From Candidatus Moraniibacteriota bacterium (GTDB lineage Bacteria > Patescibacteriota > Minisyncoccia > Moranbacterales > UBA2206), in contig JAAXWW010000002.1 of the NCBI GenBank assembly GCA_013334765.1, forward strand, positions 21,453-85,452: a DNA stretch of 64,000 nucleotides, read 5' to 3'. Below the pieces are notes generated by a model. It was not told the origin of the DNA, did no database searches, and was given only the letters and a program-made list of their open reading frames with translations. Position numbers and translations under genes: made by a program. Of this stretch, positions 37,539 to 48,161 are shown piece by piece; position 1 is the first letter of the stretch, and each line of letters begins with the position of its first letter.

Positions 37539-38822
37539 ATGGAAAAAAACATGAAGAAAACCGTCTGCGTGATCGGCCTGGGATATGTCGGGCTTCCGAT
37601 AGCAGTCAGAAGCGTCGAGAAAGGATATGACGTTATCGGTTATGAGCTTTCGAAAGAAAAGGTGGACATGATAAACAAAGGGAAGAGTCCGATCGAGGAA
37701 AAATACCTCGATGACAACATGCAGAAATTCCCAGTGAAAGCATCGACGGACGAAAAGGTCATCAAGAAAGCCGACATAACCCTTATCTGCGTCCCGACTC
37801 CGGTCGATGAGTTCTATAACCCCGACCTCTCTCCGGTGATCGGAGCAACCGAAGCGATCATCCGCAATCTCAAGAAAGGATCTTTGGTTGTCCTTGAATC
37901 GACCGTGAACCCTGGCGTTTCAGAAGAAGTTTTGAAACCGATGTTCGAAGCTGCCGGATACAAAGTCGGCACGGATGTCTTCATCGCCCACTGTCCGGAA
38001 AGGATCAACCCGGGAGACCCGAAATGGAACGTTTCCAATATTCCAAGAGTGGTCGGATCATTCGACAAGAAAGGATTGGATGCGGCTGTCGAATATTATA
38101 GGAACATCACTACCGGAGAAGTGCGCCCGATGAAATCCATCCGCGAAGCCGAAGCAGTCAAGATCCTGGAAAATTCTTTCCGCGATATCAATTTGGCTTT
38201 CGTCAACGAAGTGGCGAGATCGTTCAATATCCTCGGGATCGATGTGAAAGACGTGATTGCCGGTTCTGCCACCAAGCCGTTCGGATTCATGCCGTTCTAT
38301 CCTTCTTGCGGAGTCGGCGGACACTGCATTCCGGTCGATCCGTATTATCTCATCGAGCGCGCCAAGAAAGCCGGATTCGATCACAAGTTCCTGAGGCTAT
38401 CGAGGGAAATCAACAACTCCATGCCGGTATATGCCGTCGAGCTTCTGAAAGATGCTTTGAACGAAGTGAAATTGCCGCTCAATGGAACTGCGGTCGGAAT
38501 CATGGGCGTGGCATACAAGGCCAACATCGATGATGTGCGCGAATCGCCAGCTGTGAAGATCATGGAGCTGGTGAAGAAGGGCGGCGCCAAGATGAATGTC
38601 TTTGATCCGCATATTCCGAAATCATCGAATGTGAAAACGCTTGAAGAAATCCTCAAGAAATCGACAGCGCTCGTGATCGCCACCGATCATAACGAATTCA
38701 AGCTGATCGACCCGAAACTGTTCAAAAAACACGGCATCAAAGTCATCATCGACGGAAGGAACTGCCTGGACAAGAATGCCATCAAGAAACTGGGAATCGT
38801 TTATAAAGGGATCGGGAGATAG
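37539..38822 (+). CDS. UDP-sugar (UDP-glucose/UDP-ManNAc/GDP-mannose family) dehydrogenase
   Basis: VCVIGLGYVGLPIAV Rossmann motif. Catalytic Cys region GGHCIPVDP. Confidence 0.85.
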   Translation: MEKNMKKTVCVIGLGYVGLPIAVRSVEKGYDVIGYELSKEKVDMINKGKSPIEEKYLDDNMQKFPVKASTDEKVIKKADITLICVPTPVDEFYNPDLSPVIGATEAIIRNLKKGSLVVLESTVNPGVSEEVLKPMFEAAGYKVGTDVFIAHCPERINPGDPKWNVSNIPRVVGSFDKKGLDAAVEYYRNITTGEVRPMKSIREAEAVKILENSFRDINLAFVNEVARSFNILGIDVKDVIAGSATKPFGFMPFYPSCGVGGHCIPVDPYYLIERAKKAGFDHKFLRLSREINNSMPVYAVELLKDALNEVKLPLNGTAVGIMGVAYKANIDDVRESPAVKIMELVKKGGAKMNVFDPHIPKSSNVKTLEEILKKSTALVIATDHNEFKLIDPKLFKKHGIKVIIDGRNCLDKNAIKKLGIVYKGIGR

Positions 38823-38848
38823 ATATAGCTTATTACCGAAATAAAAAA

Positions 38849-38874
38849 AGAGAGGCTGGACCTCTCTTTTTTTA
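38849..38874 (+). terminator. rho-independent terminator
   Basis: agagagg-ctgga-cctctct plus TTTTTTT. Confidence 0.6.
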
Positions 38875-39216
38875 TTTCCCATGAATATATTTACCTTTTC
38901 TGCCTTGCCTTATCCAAGATAAGCAGTACCAGTATCAATATCAAGATTATGACAGAAAATCCAAACAATTCAATAACATTTTTTAATATCCCGAAAAAAA
39001 CAACGTCGCAATCCATTCCATCGCTCCCGGCATTATATTTTGTCCGATCATCCCTAAGAGGATAAATAGTAAAAAGGCCACAAGCATCAAAAAAACGTGT
39101 GGTTTTTCATCTTTTCTATTTCTGAATAAAACCACTTATTGATTTTCATTTTTGTTTTTTTATTTGTTACAATTTTTATGCTTTATATTATACCACATTT
39201 AAAGCTTATACATTAC

Positions 39217-39245
39217 TTGCCTTCCGGCCCCAAAAAAGGTATAAT
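39217..39245 (+). promoter_or_regulatory. putative promoter for 39286-40501 operon
   Basis: TTGCCT-17 nt-TATAAT. Confidence 0.4.
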
Positions 39246-39285
39246 CCGAGCATAATAATCCGAATACATAAAAAAACAAAAACAT

Positions 39286-39516
39286 ATGTTTTCATTATTG
39301 AAACTGGTCGTTTGGCTGGCAGGAATCGTCGTTATCGCCTATCTGGTTCTCGGCTATTTCGGCTATGAAGTGAATATGGCCTATTTCAAAGAGACGAAGG
39401 CCGCTTGCCAGGCAAAATTGGACGAATGTAAGAGCAAACTCATACATAACGGCATCGACAATGCGAAATGCGATTTCGCCTGCGCCGATCCGAAACTAAT
39501 CATTAGCAAGAAATAA
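39286..39516 (+). CDS. small membrane-anchored Cys-rich protein (76 aa)
   Basis: N-terminal TM then 4 Cys (CQAKLDEC...CDFAC). Directly precedes the GT2 gene. Confidence 0.4.
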   Translation: MFSLLKLVVWLAGIVVIAYLVLGYFGYEVNMAYFKETKAACQAKLDECKSKLIHNGIDNAKCDFACADPKLIISKK

Positions 39517-39517
39517 C

Positions 39518-40501
39518 GTGAAACTGATCGTAAACATCCCGGCGTATAACGAAGAAAAGGAAATCGCCAAAACCATAACGCGCATAAGAAAAAGCTTCGA
39601 TTTGGATTTCTATTCCAAAGAAGAAGGAAAAGTTATCGACGAAAAACTGATCCAGGTGGTTGACGACGGATCAAGCGACAATACGGCCGAGGAGTGCAGA
39701 AAAGCCGGAGCGGATATAGTCATTTCATACAAACCCAACCGCCGCCTCGCCTATTCCTTCAAGCGCGCAGTCGAAAGCTCTCTTGAGAACGGAGCTGACA
39801 TGATGGTCAATATCGATGCAGATGGTCAATTCGACCCTAATGACATTCCCAAGTTGCTAGTCCCTATCTTGGATGGGAAATGCGATATGGTGATTGCTAA
39901 CCGTTTCGGAGAACACGAAGCTAAAAACATGCCGTTTATCAAGCATTTCCTTAACCGTTTCGCCGCCAACATGATTGGATTCTTCCTTAATTATCCGATT
40001 CAGGATCTCACTTGCGGATTCCGAGCGCATAACCGTGAAACAATGTTGCGCTTCAATTTGACCAATGTCCATTTCACCTATACGCAAGAAACCATTATTG
40101 ATGCGATAGGAAAAAACCTGAAACTTCAATGGGTGCCAGTCAAAGTTTCCTATTTCGCCGACAGGGAATCCAGGATCGTGAAATCGGTCTGGAAATTCGT
40201 CTCCAATTCCGCCAAGATCATCCTGAAAGCAGTCCGTGATGTGCGTCCGATGAAATTCTTCGGCATTCCCGGACTTGTGATGATGCTTGCCGCACTTGCC
40301 GTTTTCATCGTTTTTCTTTTCCATTATTTCGCTACTTTCCAAATCACGACTTATAGGAATTACGTTTTTCTTTCGGTTATCCTTTTCTTCATCGGTCTCC
40401 AATTCTGGGTTTTCGCCCTCATTGCAGACATGATCAAAACCAACCGGAATCTCACAGAGGAACAATTATATTTCATCAGAAAAGAAAAATACAAGAAATA
40501 G
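39518..40501 (+). CDS. polyprenyl-phosphate sugar synthase-type GT2 (DPM1/ArnC/GtrB-like) with C-terminal TM helices
   Basis: NIPAYNEE...VDDGSSDNT...DADGQ motifs and two C-terminal TM helices. Confidence 0.8.
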   Translation: MKLIVNIPAYNEEKEIAKTITRIRKSFDLDFYSKEEGKVIDEKLIQVVDDGSSDNTAEECRKAGADIVISYKPNRRLAYSFKRAVESSLENGADMMVNIDADGQFDPNDIPKLLVPILDGKCDMVIANRFGEHEAKNMPFIKHFLNRFAANMIGFFLNYPIQDLTCGFRAHNRETMLRFNLTNVHFTYTQETIIDAIGKNLKLQWVPVKVSYFADRESRIVKSVWKFVSNSAKIILKAVRDVRPMKFFGIPGLVMMLAALAVFIVFLFHYFATFQITTYRNYVFLSVILFFIGLQFWVFALIADMIKTNRNLTEEQLYFIRKEKYKK

Positions 40502-40676
40502 CAAAGAGAACATGTTTGGGAAATCGCAAGCTCATTTTGAAAATCACTATTGCGAATTTTGTGGAAACAAGCCTGCTTTTCAGGAAAAGCGTAGAAATGG
40601 ATATTTCTGGAAGCATCTGATATGAGTAATTTCCAAAATGAGCATACGATTTCTGATCATTGAAAGACCATAGCTT

Positions 40677-41795
40677 TTGTTTATGAAAATATTATTCGTT
40701 TCACATTCCTATCCTCCGACGCTCGGGGGCGTGGAAATCCAGAATTTCAACCTGGCAAAAGGCCTCGGACAAATAGCCGAGGTCAGAGTCATAGCTAATG
40801 GCAAAGGGAAAAAGCATCTCCCTGTTTTTTTGCCCCTGACATTTTTCAAGATTCTTTTCCTGATGCCGAAATACGATGCCTGCCTCATGGGAAACGGCGT
40901 TCTTGCTCCGCTCGGAGCGGCTGCCAGGATATTCCATCCTAAAAAGAAATTCTTCTGCGTCATCCATGGACTCGACATCACTTTCGCCAGCAAGAAAGGA
41001 CTGCTTTCCAGGATATATTCCGCGGTCAATATCCCCTCCCTCAAATTCGTCGACAAGCTCTTCATGGTTGGAAACGCGACAATCGAAGAAGCGGTCAAGA
41101 TCGGGATCGAACGAAACCATTGCATCTTCATTCCGAACGGAATCGATGCTAAGAAGCTCAGGAAGCCGCATGACCGAACCGAACTTTCAAAACTGTTCGG
41201 GAGCGACATTCAAGGCAAGCAAGTCATCTTGAGATTGGCGCGTTTCGTCAAGCACAAAGGAACAAGCTGGTTCATCGAAAACGTCATGCCGAAACTTCCA
41301 GATTCTGTCGTCATGATAGCAGCCGGGCACCGCGTCGGGAAGAATACAGCCGGAGACAAGGACAACTTTTCGGTCTGCGAAGATATCATCAAAGAAAAAC
41401 ATCTTGAAAATCGAGTGAAGCTCATGCCGTCACTGCCGCAAAAAGACATGGAAACGCTTCTTAATACCGTCGACATCTGTGTTTCCCCGAACATCGAAGT
41501 TCCTGGAACCATGGAGGGATTCGGCATAAACGTCATCGAGGCCGGCGGATGCGAACGGGTGGTTATCGCGTCCGATCTTGAAGGTCTCAAGGACGCGATC
41601 AAAGACGGAAAGAACGGATTCCTGGTCGAACCGGAAAATGCCGAGGCCTGGACGGAAAAAATCAATGAAATCCTCGGGAAAGACGACGCTTTCAGGAAAG
41701 AATTCGGCAAGAAAGCCGCAGCATACGTGGAGGAGAATTTCAATTGGGAAAAGATTTCGAAGAGATACCTGGAAGAAATGACAAAAATGCAATAA
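40677..41795 (+). CDS. family 4 glycosyltransferase
   Basis: GT-B. MEGFGINVIEAGGCERVVIAS. Confidence 0.8.
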   Translation: MFMKILFVSHSYPPTLGGVEIQNFNLAKGLGQIAEVRVIANGKGKKHLPVFLPLTFFKILFLMPKYDACLMGNGVLAPLGAAARIFHPKKKFFCVIHGLDITFASKKGLLSRIYSAVNIPSLKFVDKLFMVGNATIEEAVKIGIERNHCIFIPNGIDAKKLRKPHDRTELSKLFGSDIQGKQVILRLARFVKHKGTSWFIENVMPKLPDSVVMIAAGHRVGKNTAGDKDNFSVCEDIIKEKHLENRVKLMPSLPQKDMETLLNTVDICVSPNIEVPGTMEGFGINVIEAGGCERVVIASDLEGLKDAIKDGKNGFLVEPENAEAWTEKINEILGKDDAFRKEFGKKAAAYVEENFNWEKISKRYLEEMTKMQ

Positions 41796-41810
41796 CCTCT
41801 TAAAATAGTT

Positions 41811-43748
41811 ATGATGCTTTCATTCATCAGCCAACAATTTGCCTTCTATCTGACCCTTCTCCTGCTGTTCTTCCTGCCGGGATATTTTTTGCTGGGCGCG
41901 GTTTTCAAGAAGGACAGCTTCTCCTTTTTTGAGCACGTCATCATCGGATCCGGGCTTAGCATCATCACGACCGATTTCACGATACTCGTTCTCGATCGCG
42001 CGAATATCCCCCTGACAAGATATTCGCTCGCGCTCTCCATACTCGCCATAACTGCCGTCGCATATTTCGTCTCGAAGAAAGGGCAGACCGGAAATTCCAG
42101 CTTCGCCAAACTGAACTTCACTAAAAAGCAAGGCATGCTGATAATAATCCTGATCTGCTCGACTGTCTTCATAAAGGCCTATTATCTCAGAAACGCCGTC
42201 ATGCCGGGAACTACCGACCTGGGGCACCATCTCTATTGGTCGAAAGTCATCGCCGAGACCCACCATATTCCCGAATACACCCAAAGAGACGTCATCAGCC
42301 GGGACGAGACGAACATGATCGGCGCGCCGAAAAAGATCAGCGACTTCATCATCGGCGAACAGCTGTTCTATTCTTCCGTTTCTATCGTTTCCGGAATCGG
42401 TTTCATCTCATATTTCCCGGTGCTCGCGCTTTTCCTGGTGAACACGATGAGCATCCTGGCGCTCTTCATCCTGGCGCTCGAGCTTTTCAGGAACAACCCC
42501 AGGAGAAAAAGCATCGCCATCCTTTCGCTCCTTTTCATCGGTCCGCTTTTCTCGATCGATCCGCCGCAAGCAAAGTTCGTCGCCGGAGGAGTGACCGGGA
42601 ACCTGATCGCCAACTTCCTCGTCCCGCTCACGCTCTATTTCTATATCCGCTTTTTCCATGAAAGAACGAGGGGCTTCCTTTTTTTCGCGTTGCTTTTTTC
42701 CATGGGATTGTTCTATACGCATCACCTGACCGGTTTCATGTTCCTGATCTCATTCGCTTCATTCGTCATCCTTTCTTCCGTCTTCAATTTCAAGGAATTC
42801 TTCGCGCTCATCAAGGATAAATCCAAATTGCTGCTATCCCCACAGATAATCGGATTTTTCGTTTTCGCGCTGATTTTCGTCGCTGCCATATACACCCCGT
42901 CATATCTCACCAATAAAGCTGTCACGACTGTGGTCGGCGCAGTTTCGAAAGCAGGACACGGCGGCCTCACCCTCAATCAGTTCCGGGACACGCTCGGGGA
43001 GACAAGGATCGTCTGGGGAATGATGGGGCTCCTTTTCGCCATCTTCCTTATCAGGAAAAGCGCTGAAAAATTCTCGCTCATCATGGTTTCCGCATGGGCA
43101 GGCGCCATCTTCCTAGTTTCCATGTTCCCGGATATCGTCAAGATCGACCTCCCATCCGGAAGGGCCGCCAACTATGCCAGCTATCCCCTTTCCATCCTTT
43201 CCGCATTCGCGATAGTGACGCTCGCAGCGAAAAGTTTCTGTTCAAAGAATGCTGTCATCCAAAAAACCAGTTCCCGCTTCTTCCTTGGCGCTTTCGTGCT
43301 TCTTGTTTCATTCATAATGATAAACGGCGTGAGCGACAACGTCGGATATCTCATGAAAGACAACTTCTATCCGGACAAGATCCAGGAAACATACGCCGCG
43401 TCGAGCTATCTTTCTTCCAAGATGAGCGGTCAGGATATTCTCGCGGATGATCATATATATATCACTGCCGATTCATTCGTGAAACTCTTCTTCATGCGCG
43501 ACTACAACTTCCCGCTCTATCGGGCGAACCTGGAACGCTACACTAACAACGTCGACAAGGATGAATTCTGCACCCTTTGGATGATATCGGGACCGGAAAC
43601 TCCGGACAGCGAGAAATGCTTCCGGGACCTCGGGGTGAATTTCGTCCTGGTCAACGGAAAGACCGACGCGGCGCAATTCGAGAAGCTCGGCAATTTCCAG
43701 AAGGTATATTCGAACAACGAATTAAATGCTTATTATCGAACAAACTAG
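41811..43748 (+). CDS. large polytopic membrane protein (putative glycosyltransferase-associated, GT-C/YfhO-like)
   Basis: 645 aa, at least 12 TM helices followed by a soluble C-terminal domain. No sharp motif. Confidence 0.45.
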   Translation: MMLSFISQQFAFYLTLLLLFFLPGYFLLGAVFKKDSFSFFEHVIIGSGLSIITTDFTILVLDRANIPLTRYSLALSILAITAVAYFVSKKGQTGNSSFAKLNFTKKQGMLIIILICSTVFIKAYYLRNAVMPGTTDLGHHLYWSKVIAETHHIPEYTQRDVISRDETNMIGAPKKISDFIIGEQLFYSSVSIVSGIGFISYFPVLALFLVNTMSILALFILALELFRNNPRRKSIAILSLLFIGPLFSIDPPQAKFVAGGVTGNLIANFLVPLTLYFYIRFFHERTRGFLFFALLFSMGLFYTHHLTGFMFLISFASFVILSSVFNFKEFFALIKDKSKLLLSPQIIGFFVFALIFVAAIYTPSYLTNKAVTTVVGAVSKAGHGGLTLNQFRDTLGETRIVWGMMGLLFAIFLIRKSAEKFSLIMVSAWAGAIFLVSMFPDIVKIDLPSGRAANYASYPLSILSAFAIVTLAAKSFCSKNAVIQKTSSRFFLGAFVLLVSFIMINGVSDNVGYLMKDNFYPDKIQETYAASSYLSSKMSGQDILADDHIYITADSFVKLFFMRDYNFPLYRANLERYTNNVDKDEFCTLWMISGPETPDSEKCFRDLGVNFVLVNGKTDAAQFEKLGNFQKVYSNNELNAYYRTN

Positions 43749-44123
43749 ATGAGCGAGAAAAAAATAATCATCGTCATTTCCGTTTTCGTCCTTGTTGTCT
43801 TTTCGGCGCTTTCCTGGCGGGAGATGAAATTCCAAACAGGAACATACAGGAACGGCTGGTGGGGCATATATTTCAACGACCCCAAAGGATCAAGCCTTGA
43901 TTTCACTATCAACAACGAAAGCAAGCCGGAAAAATTCTCATGGAAAGTCACCTCTCAGGATGGCAGCACGACATTCCTGCAGGGAACGGAAAACGTTTCT
44001 TCAGGAGAAAAAAGAGAGCTGTCCTTCTCCAGCCAGGATATTCCCCAGAGTCAGAAGATCATCATCAAGGTAACGAATGGGAGCGACGGAACGGAAAAAG
44101 ACATATACAAGACCCTTCCTTAG
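43749..44123 (+). CDS. small secreted/membrane-anchored protein
   Basis: 124 aa with N-terminal TM. Start overlaps the stop of the upstream gene. Confidence 0.35.
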   Translation: MSEKKIIIVISVFVLVVFSALSWREMKFQTGTYRNGWWGIYFNDPKGSSLDFTINNESKPEKFSWKVTSQDGSTTFLQGTENVSSGEKRELSFSSQDIPQSQKIIIKVTNGSDGTEKDIYKTLP

Positions 44124-44150
44124 TTTGAGAAAAAGAACCGCTTGATAAAA

Positions 44151-44177
44151 AACAAGACCCGAGGGTCTTGTTTTTTG
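44151..44177. terminator. bidirectional terminator
   Basis: aacaagaccc / gggtcttgtt stem plus TTTTT. Confidence 0.6.
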
Positions 44178-44202
44178 TTCCTATTCGTCACTGCTTCGAA
44201 CG

Positions 44203-46053
44203 CTATTTCTGAGCCTTATAGACCTCCACATAATTCTTGTCGCGCCCGTTTATGGATATCCTCCAGACCGGTTCGGCGTCGGAATAGTTCACGATATTTT
44301 TCTTGATCTCTTTCCAGGTGTCAGCATACATTACCGATCCGCGCCTGGTCCTCACGACATAGTCTATCTTATCGAGTTCTCCAGTGCTAGCATTCCTTTT
44401 GTAAGCTAGATCCCCTTTTATGCATATTCCCTTGAAGAAAGGGCAGAATCCGTTCTGATCAGCCCAGACAACCATTTTTTCGGCCCCAGGAAGGGCGTTC
44501 AGGTGCTCCGCGGCCTCATAGCCTCCATAGCCCCATGAATCGGCTATGAGCGATTTCTGAGGCAAGAAAGCGTTCGTGTAGTTGAAATAGAAAGGCTTGG
44601 CCGACCAAAGGCTCGCGGCGCCTATGATTAGCAGCCCGGCGGTCAGATATTCTTTTTTTATGCCCGCTATCCTTTTCCAGGAAAACAGCTCCCATATCCC
44701 GATAGCGGAAAGGATGAAAATCAGCGGATAGAGCATTATGGTATAGCGGATATTGACCAGAAGCCCCTGATATATGACGGCTCCATAGAAAGCGGCTATG
44801 AAAACAGCGGTGGACGCGACTATCCATGCCTGTTCCGTCTTCTTCCAGAAAGACTTCGCAAGAACAAAAAACAACAAGAAAAACACTAATGGCAAAACGG
44901 AAAAGATAAGAGGAGCCGCTTCCAGGAAAATCTTTTCATGGAGCTGCTGTTTTCCGAAAATTATCCCCATGTCGGAATCGAACGGAATTTTCCTCAGATC
45001 CGGCATGAGACGGAAACCCGAGGAATGATTCAGGAAAGTTATCAGGAAAACAGCAAGAACCAAGAATATAGGAATGGAAAAAATCAGCCTGCCCGCTTTT
45101 GCAATAAAGCGATATGCCAGATTCATAATCCTTCCCCTATTGAGAAATGCGTCCAGAATGAAAAGCAAGTCAGCAGCAACAGTCGCCCAGAATATTTTCG
45201 ACATGCCGGAAAATCCGATCGTCCCAGCATAGAATATCTTCGGATTGACTATGCCTGCGGGCAGGAATATCGCGAAAACCAGGAAGGCTCCGGCAATCAG
45301 GCAGAGATGCGCCGCAGCGAATCGGCCTATTTTCCTGCCAGTATCGCCTTTCCAATCGGAATATCTGAAAATGGCGATCATCAGGAAGGCGGACAGATAG
45401 AAAGGAATCAAGACAAGGGCGGCATATTTGGTCAAAAGCGCCAAACCCAAGGAAGCAGCCGAAATGGCAACCGATTTCTTTTCTTCCGATTTCAGGTAGT
45501 CGAGAAAGGAAAGGATGGAAATCGCCGAGAAAAGCCACAGCAAGGCATCAGGATTGACGATCTGGGAAACTCCGACGATTATGGGACTCGTCAGGATGAA
45601 GATAGTCGACCAGAGGGCTATCCAGTCGTTTTGGGTTATCCTCCTTATCAGCCAGAAAATGATAATCGCCCCGAATGCATTGAAAATGATTATCGGGACG
45701 CGGAAGAACAGATCAATTGTCCTTATTTTTCCAGGATCATATATGCGGTAATAGTCATGATCAGAAAAAATATTTTCCCTGGAAACATTGAGCAAGGCAT
45801 TCCCTATTCCGGAAATGAGAGCGACGGTCACTCCGGGCTTGTCGTTTATGTATGTGTGTTTCCAATCGCCGGAAAGGATAGCCTTCCAATATTGATCCAC
45901 CCGTCCTGTTCCAGGATCATATATCCAGTAATGCTCATCCACCGTTTCGAATTCGGAAAGATGATAGAACGCGAAAGAAAGATACGTCAGGATAGCCAGC
46001 GAAAGAAAGATGATTACGGTTTTTTTGGATGCGCGGTTTTTCGTCGAAAGCAT
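44203..46053 (-). CDS. GT-C-fold membrane glycosyltransferase (ArnT/PMT-like), paralog 1
   Basis: 616 aa. TM1 then a loop with a DEHYW (DE) motif. KPGVTVALISGIG, SQIVNPDALLW, C-terminal WGYGGYEAAEHLN and GFCPFFKGICI. Confidence 0.55.
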   Translation of the reverse strand: MLSTKNRASKKTVIIFLSLAILTYLSFAFYHLSEFETVDEHYWIYDPGTGRVDQYWKAILSGDWKHTYINDKPGVTVALISGIGNALLNVSRENIFSDHDYYRIYDPGKIRTIDLFFRVPIIIFNAFGAIIIFWLIRRITQNDWIALWSTIFILTSPIIVGVSQIVNPDALLWLFSAISILSFLDYLKSEEKKSVAISAASLGLALLTKYAALVLIPFYLSAFLMIAIFRYSDWKGDTGRKIGRFAAAHLCLIAGAFLVFAIFLPAGIVNPKIFYAGTIGFSGMSKIFWATVAADLLFILDAFLNRGRIMNLAYRFIAKAGRLIFSIPIFLVLAVFLITFLNHSSGFRLMPDLRKIPFDSDMGIIFGKQQLHEKIFLEAAPLIFSVLPLVFFLLFFVLAKSFWKKTEQAWIVASTAVFIAAFYGAVIYQGLLVNIRYTIMLYPLIFILSAIGIWELFSWKRIAGIKKEYLTAGLLIIGAASLWSAKPFYFNYTNAFLPQKSLIADSWGYGGYEAAEHLNALPGAEKMVVWADQNGFCPFFKGICIKGDLAYKRNASTGELDKIDYVVRTRRGSVMYADTWKEIKKNIVNYSDAEPVWRISINGRDKNYVEVYKAQK

Positions 46054-46054
46054 A

Positions 46055-48106
46055 TTATTCCTGATCAGTTCCGGTTATTTCCACAGCTTTATATATCTTG
46101 AGATAATTCTCCCCTCTGTTGTCTATTTTCATCTGCCAGACCGCCTTGCTTGCTCTTGGATGAGGGAAGCTCGGCTTCAACTGGCCTCGCAGGGTATTGT
46201 AATAATAGTCTATGCGGTATTTCTCCGTATCCACCTTCGTCTTGTGGATGCATTTTCCGACAAAGAATTCACAGAATCCGTAGGAATCGGCCCAGACAGT
46301 CAGATTTCGAGCCCCAGGCAGCTTGTTCATATGCTCGGCTGCTTCATAGCCTCCATAGCCCCAAGCGGCTGTAATCATGTATTTCTGAGGCAGGATGCTG
46401 CTGGTATAGTTGAAATAGAACGGCTTGATGTGCCATATGCTCGCGAAACTTATGGCGACGATGCCAACAAAAACCAAAAGGCCGTTGGTTGCGAAAGCCG
46501 GCTTTCTGATTGGAAACTTCTTCATTATGAATATCGAAAAAGCCGCGGCTGCGATCGGGATGACAAACCAGAACCATTCGTGGTATTTCAGGAATTCCTT
46601 AATGCTTCTCTCCTTGATCATTCCGTTCTTGATAGCAAGGGAATAAAGGATGACTCCTCCGATAATGAGGAGGATGGTCAGATATGCTGCTGCCGGAGCT
46701 ATGCGGCGATCATTCGCATTTTGGTTTTCTTTGTTTGAAAAGAATTCGAAGACAGCCAATCCGCAAAGGAACGAAGCGACTGGATAAAGGATCATCGAGT
46801 AGCGGATCTGCAGGAGAAGTCCTTCAGCTATGGATGCCAGAAAGAATATGAGGATGAAGCTCGAGAGCATGAAGGCAGTCGTCTTATGCAATATGTCATT
46901 GAAAAGGCCTTTCGCCCAAAGATAGAACAAGGAAAGGATCGCGAGCGGAGTCAAGGAAAAAGCCAGCGGAACCGCTTCTGCCGCATATCTCTTCAGAAAG
47001 GGAATCTTGGCGAAATCATCTTTTAGCTTCATGTCGAACGGGATGCTTTTGAAGCTGGCAAGAAGCTGCCCTGATATCCAATTCACGAGGACGAAGACGA
47101 AAGTGGCGATCAGGATAGCATAAAGGACCGGCGGCAGGATCTTGCGAAGAGGCTTGAGCTTCTCGAAAATCCCGAACAGCAACCGGCCTTGCAAGAAACG
47201 ATTCTCCAGAATAAGCAGGATATCCAGTGCTATGACCAGCCAGAAAACCGGCACCATGTCGCGCGACCCGATCGTATTTTGGGAAAGGTATTTTATATCA
47301 GTGAATATGGCCGGCATCATGAGCGCGAAGATCAGGAAGCCTCCGAAAGTGATAGCCAGATGGCTCATGAGGCTTCCGAACATCCTTTTCCTGAATTTTT
47401 CCCTGTCCTCGGCGAACACATCGAACTCCATGAAGAAATATGCCAGGATCATGAACAGGATGAACGGAACCAGGATGAACGCCACGTATTTGCTGGCCAT
47501 GCCAAGACCGAAAAAGAGAGTCGTGAGCGCCACCAGCTTCCTGCTCGGCTCTTTGAGATAGCCCATGAAGGTGAGGACTCCGGAAAAAGTAAATATCCAG
47601 AACAGCGAGTCCGGATTGACTATCTGCGACATGCCAATGACTATCGGCGAAAGGAGGATGAAAGTCGTCGCATAGAGCGCGATCCAGGGGTTGTCCGTTA
47701 TTTTCCTGATTATCCAGAAAAAATAGAGCGAGAAAAGGCCGCCGATGAGAAGGATCGGAAAGCGATAAAGAAAATTCAGCCTCTTGGTTTCTGATGGATC
47801 ATACACTCTTGCGGTTCCGTCATCGCTCAGGATCTGGGCATCCGGATTGCGGTCGATAAGGACTGCCGAGATGGATGAGTATGCCAATGTCACGCCCGGC
47901 TTGTCATTTATGCGAGTGCCTTTCCAGTCGCGGTTCGCGACTGCCTCCCAATAGTTCCCGATGCGGCTCTGCCCGGCGCCGAACCAATAATGCTCGTCTG
48001 ACGTGATAAAATCGGTCAGGTGATAGAGACCGAAAGAAAAGAATATTATAAGCGGGATAAGAAGGAGCGCCTTCGGATTGCCAGCGTATTTCTTTATGCT
48101 ACCCAT
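46055..48106 (-). CDS. GT-C-fold membrane glycosyltransferase, paralog 2
   Basis: 683 aa. Same DEHYW, SQIVNPDSLFW, AWGYGGYEAAEHMN and GFCEFFVGKCI motifs. A 1-nt gap separates it from paralog 1. Confidence 0.55.
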   Translation of the reverse strand: MGSIKKYAGNPKALLLIPLIIFFSFGLYHLTDFITSDEHYWFGAGQSRIGNYWEAVANRDWKGTRINDKPGVTLAYSSISAVLIDRNPDAQILSDDGTARVYDPSETKRLNFLYRFPILLIGGLFSLYFFWIIRKITDNPWIALYATTFILLSPIVIGMSQIVNPDSLFWIFTFSGVLTFMGYLKEPSRKLVALTTLFFGLGMASKYVAFILVPFILFMILAYFFMEFDVFAEDREKFRKRMFGSLMSHLAITFGGFLIFALMMPAIFTDIKYLSQNTIGSRDMVPVFWLVIALDILLILENRFLQGRLLFGIFEKLKPLRKILPPVLYAILIATFVFVLVNWISGQLLASFKSIPFDMKLKDDFAKIPFLKRYAAEAVPLAFSLTPLAILSLFYLWAKGLFNDILHKTTAFMLSSFILIFFLASIAEGLLLQIRYSMILYPVASFLCGLAVFEFFSNKENQNANDRRIAPAAAYLTILLIIGGVILYSLAIKNGMIKERSIKEFLKYHEWFWFVIPIAAAAFSIFIMKKFPIRKPAFATNGLLVFVGIVAISFASIWHIKPFYFNYTSSILPQKYMITAAWGYGGYEAAEHMNKLPGARNLTVWADSYGFCEFFVGKCIHKTKVDTEKYRIDYYYNTLRGQLKPSFPHPRASKAVWQMKIDNRGENYLKIYKAVEITGTDQE

Positions 48107-48161
48107 GTGCCGATTATTTTATGATGAATTAATATGCCACGACTGCGAACATTCCAGTCCC

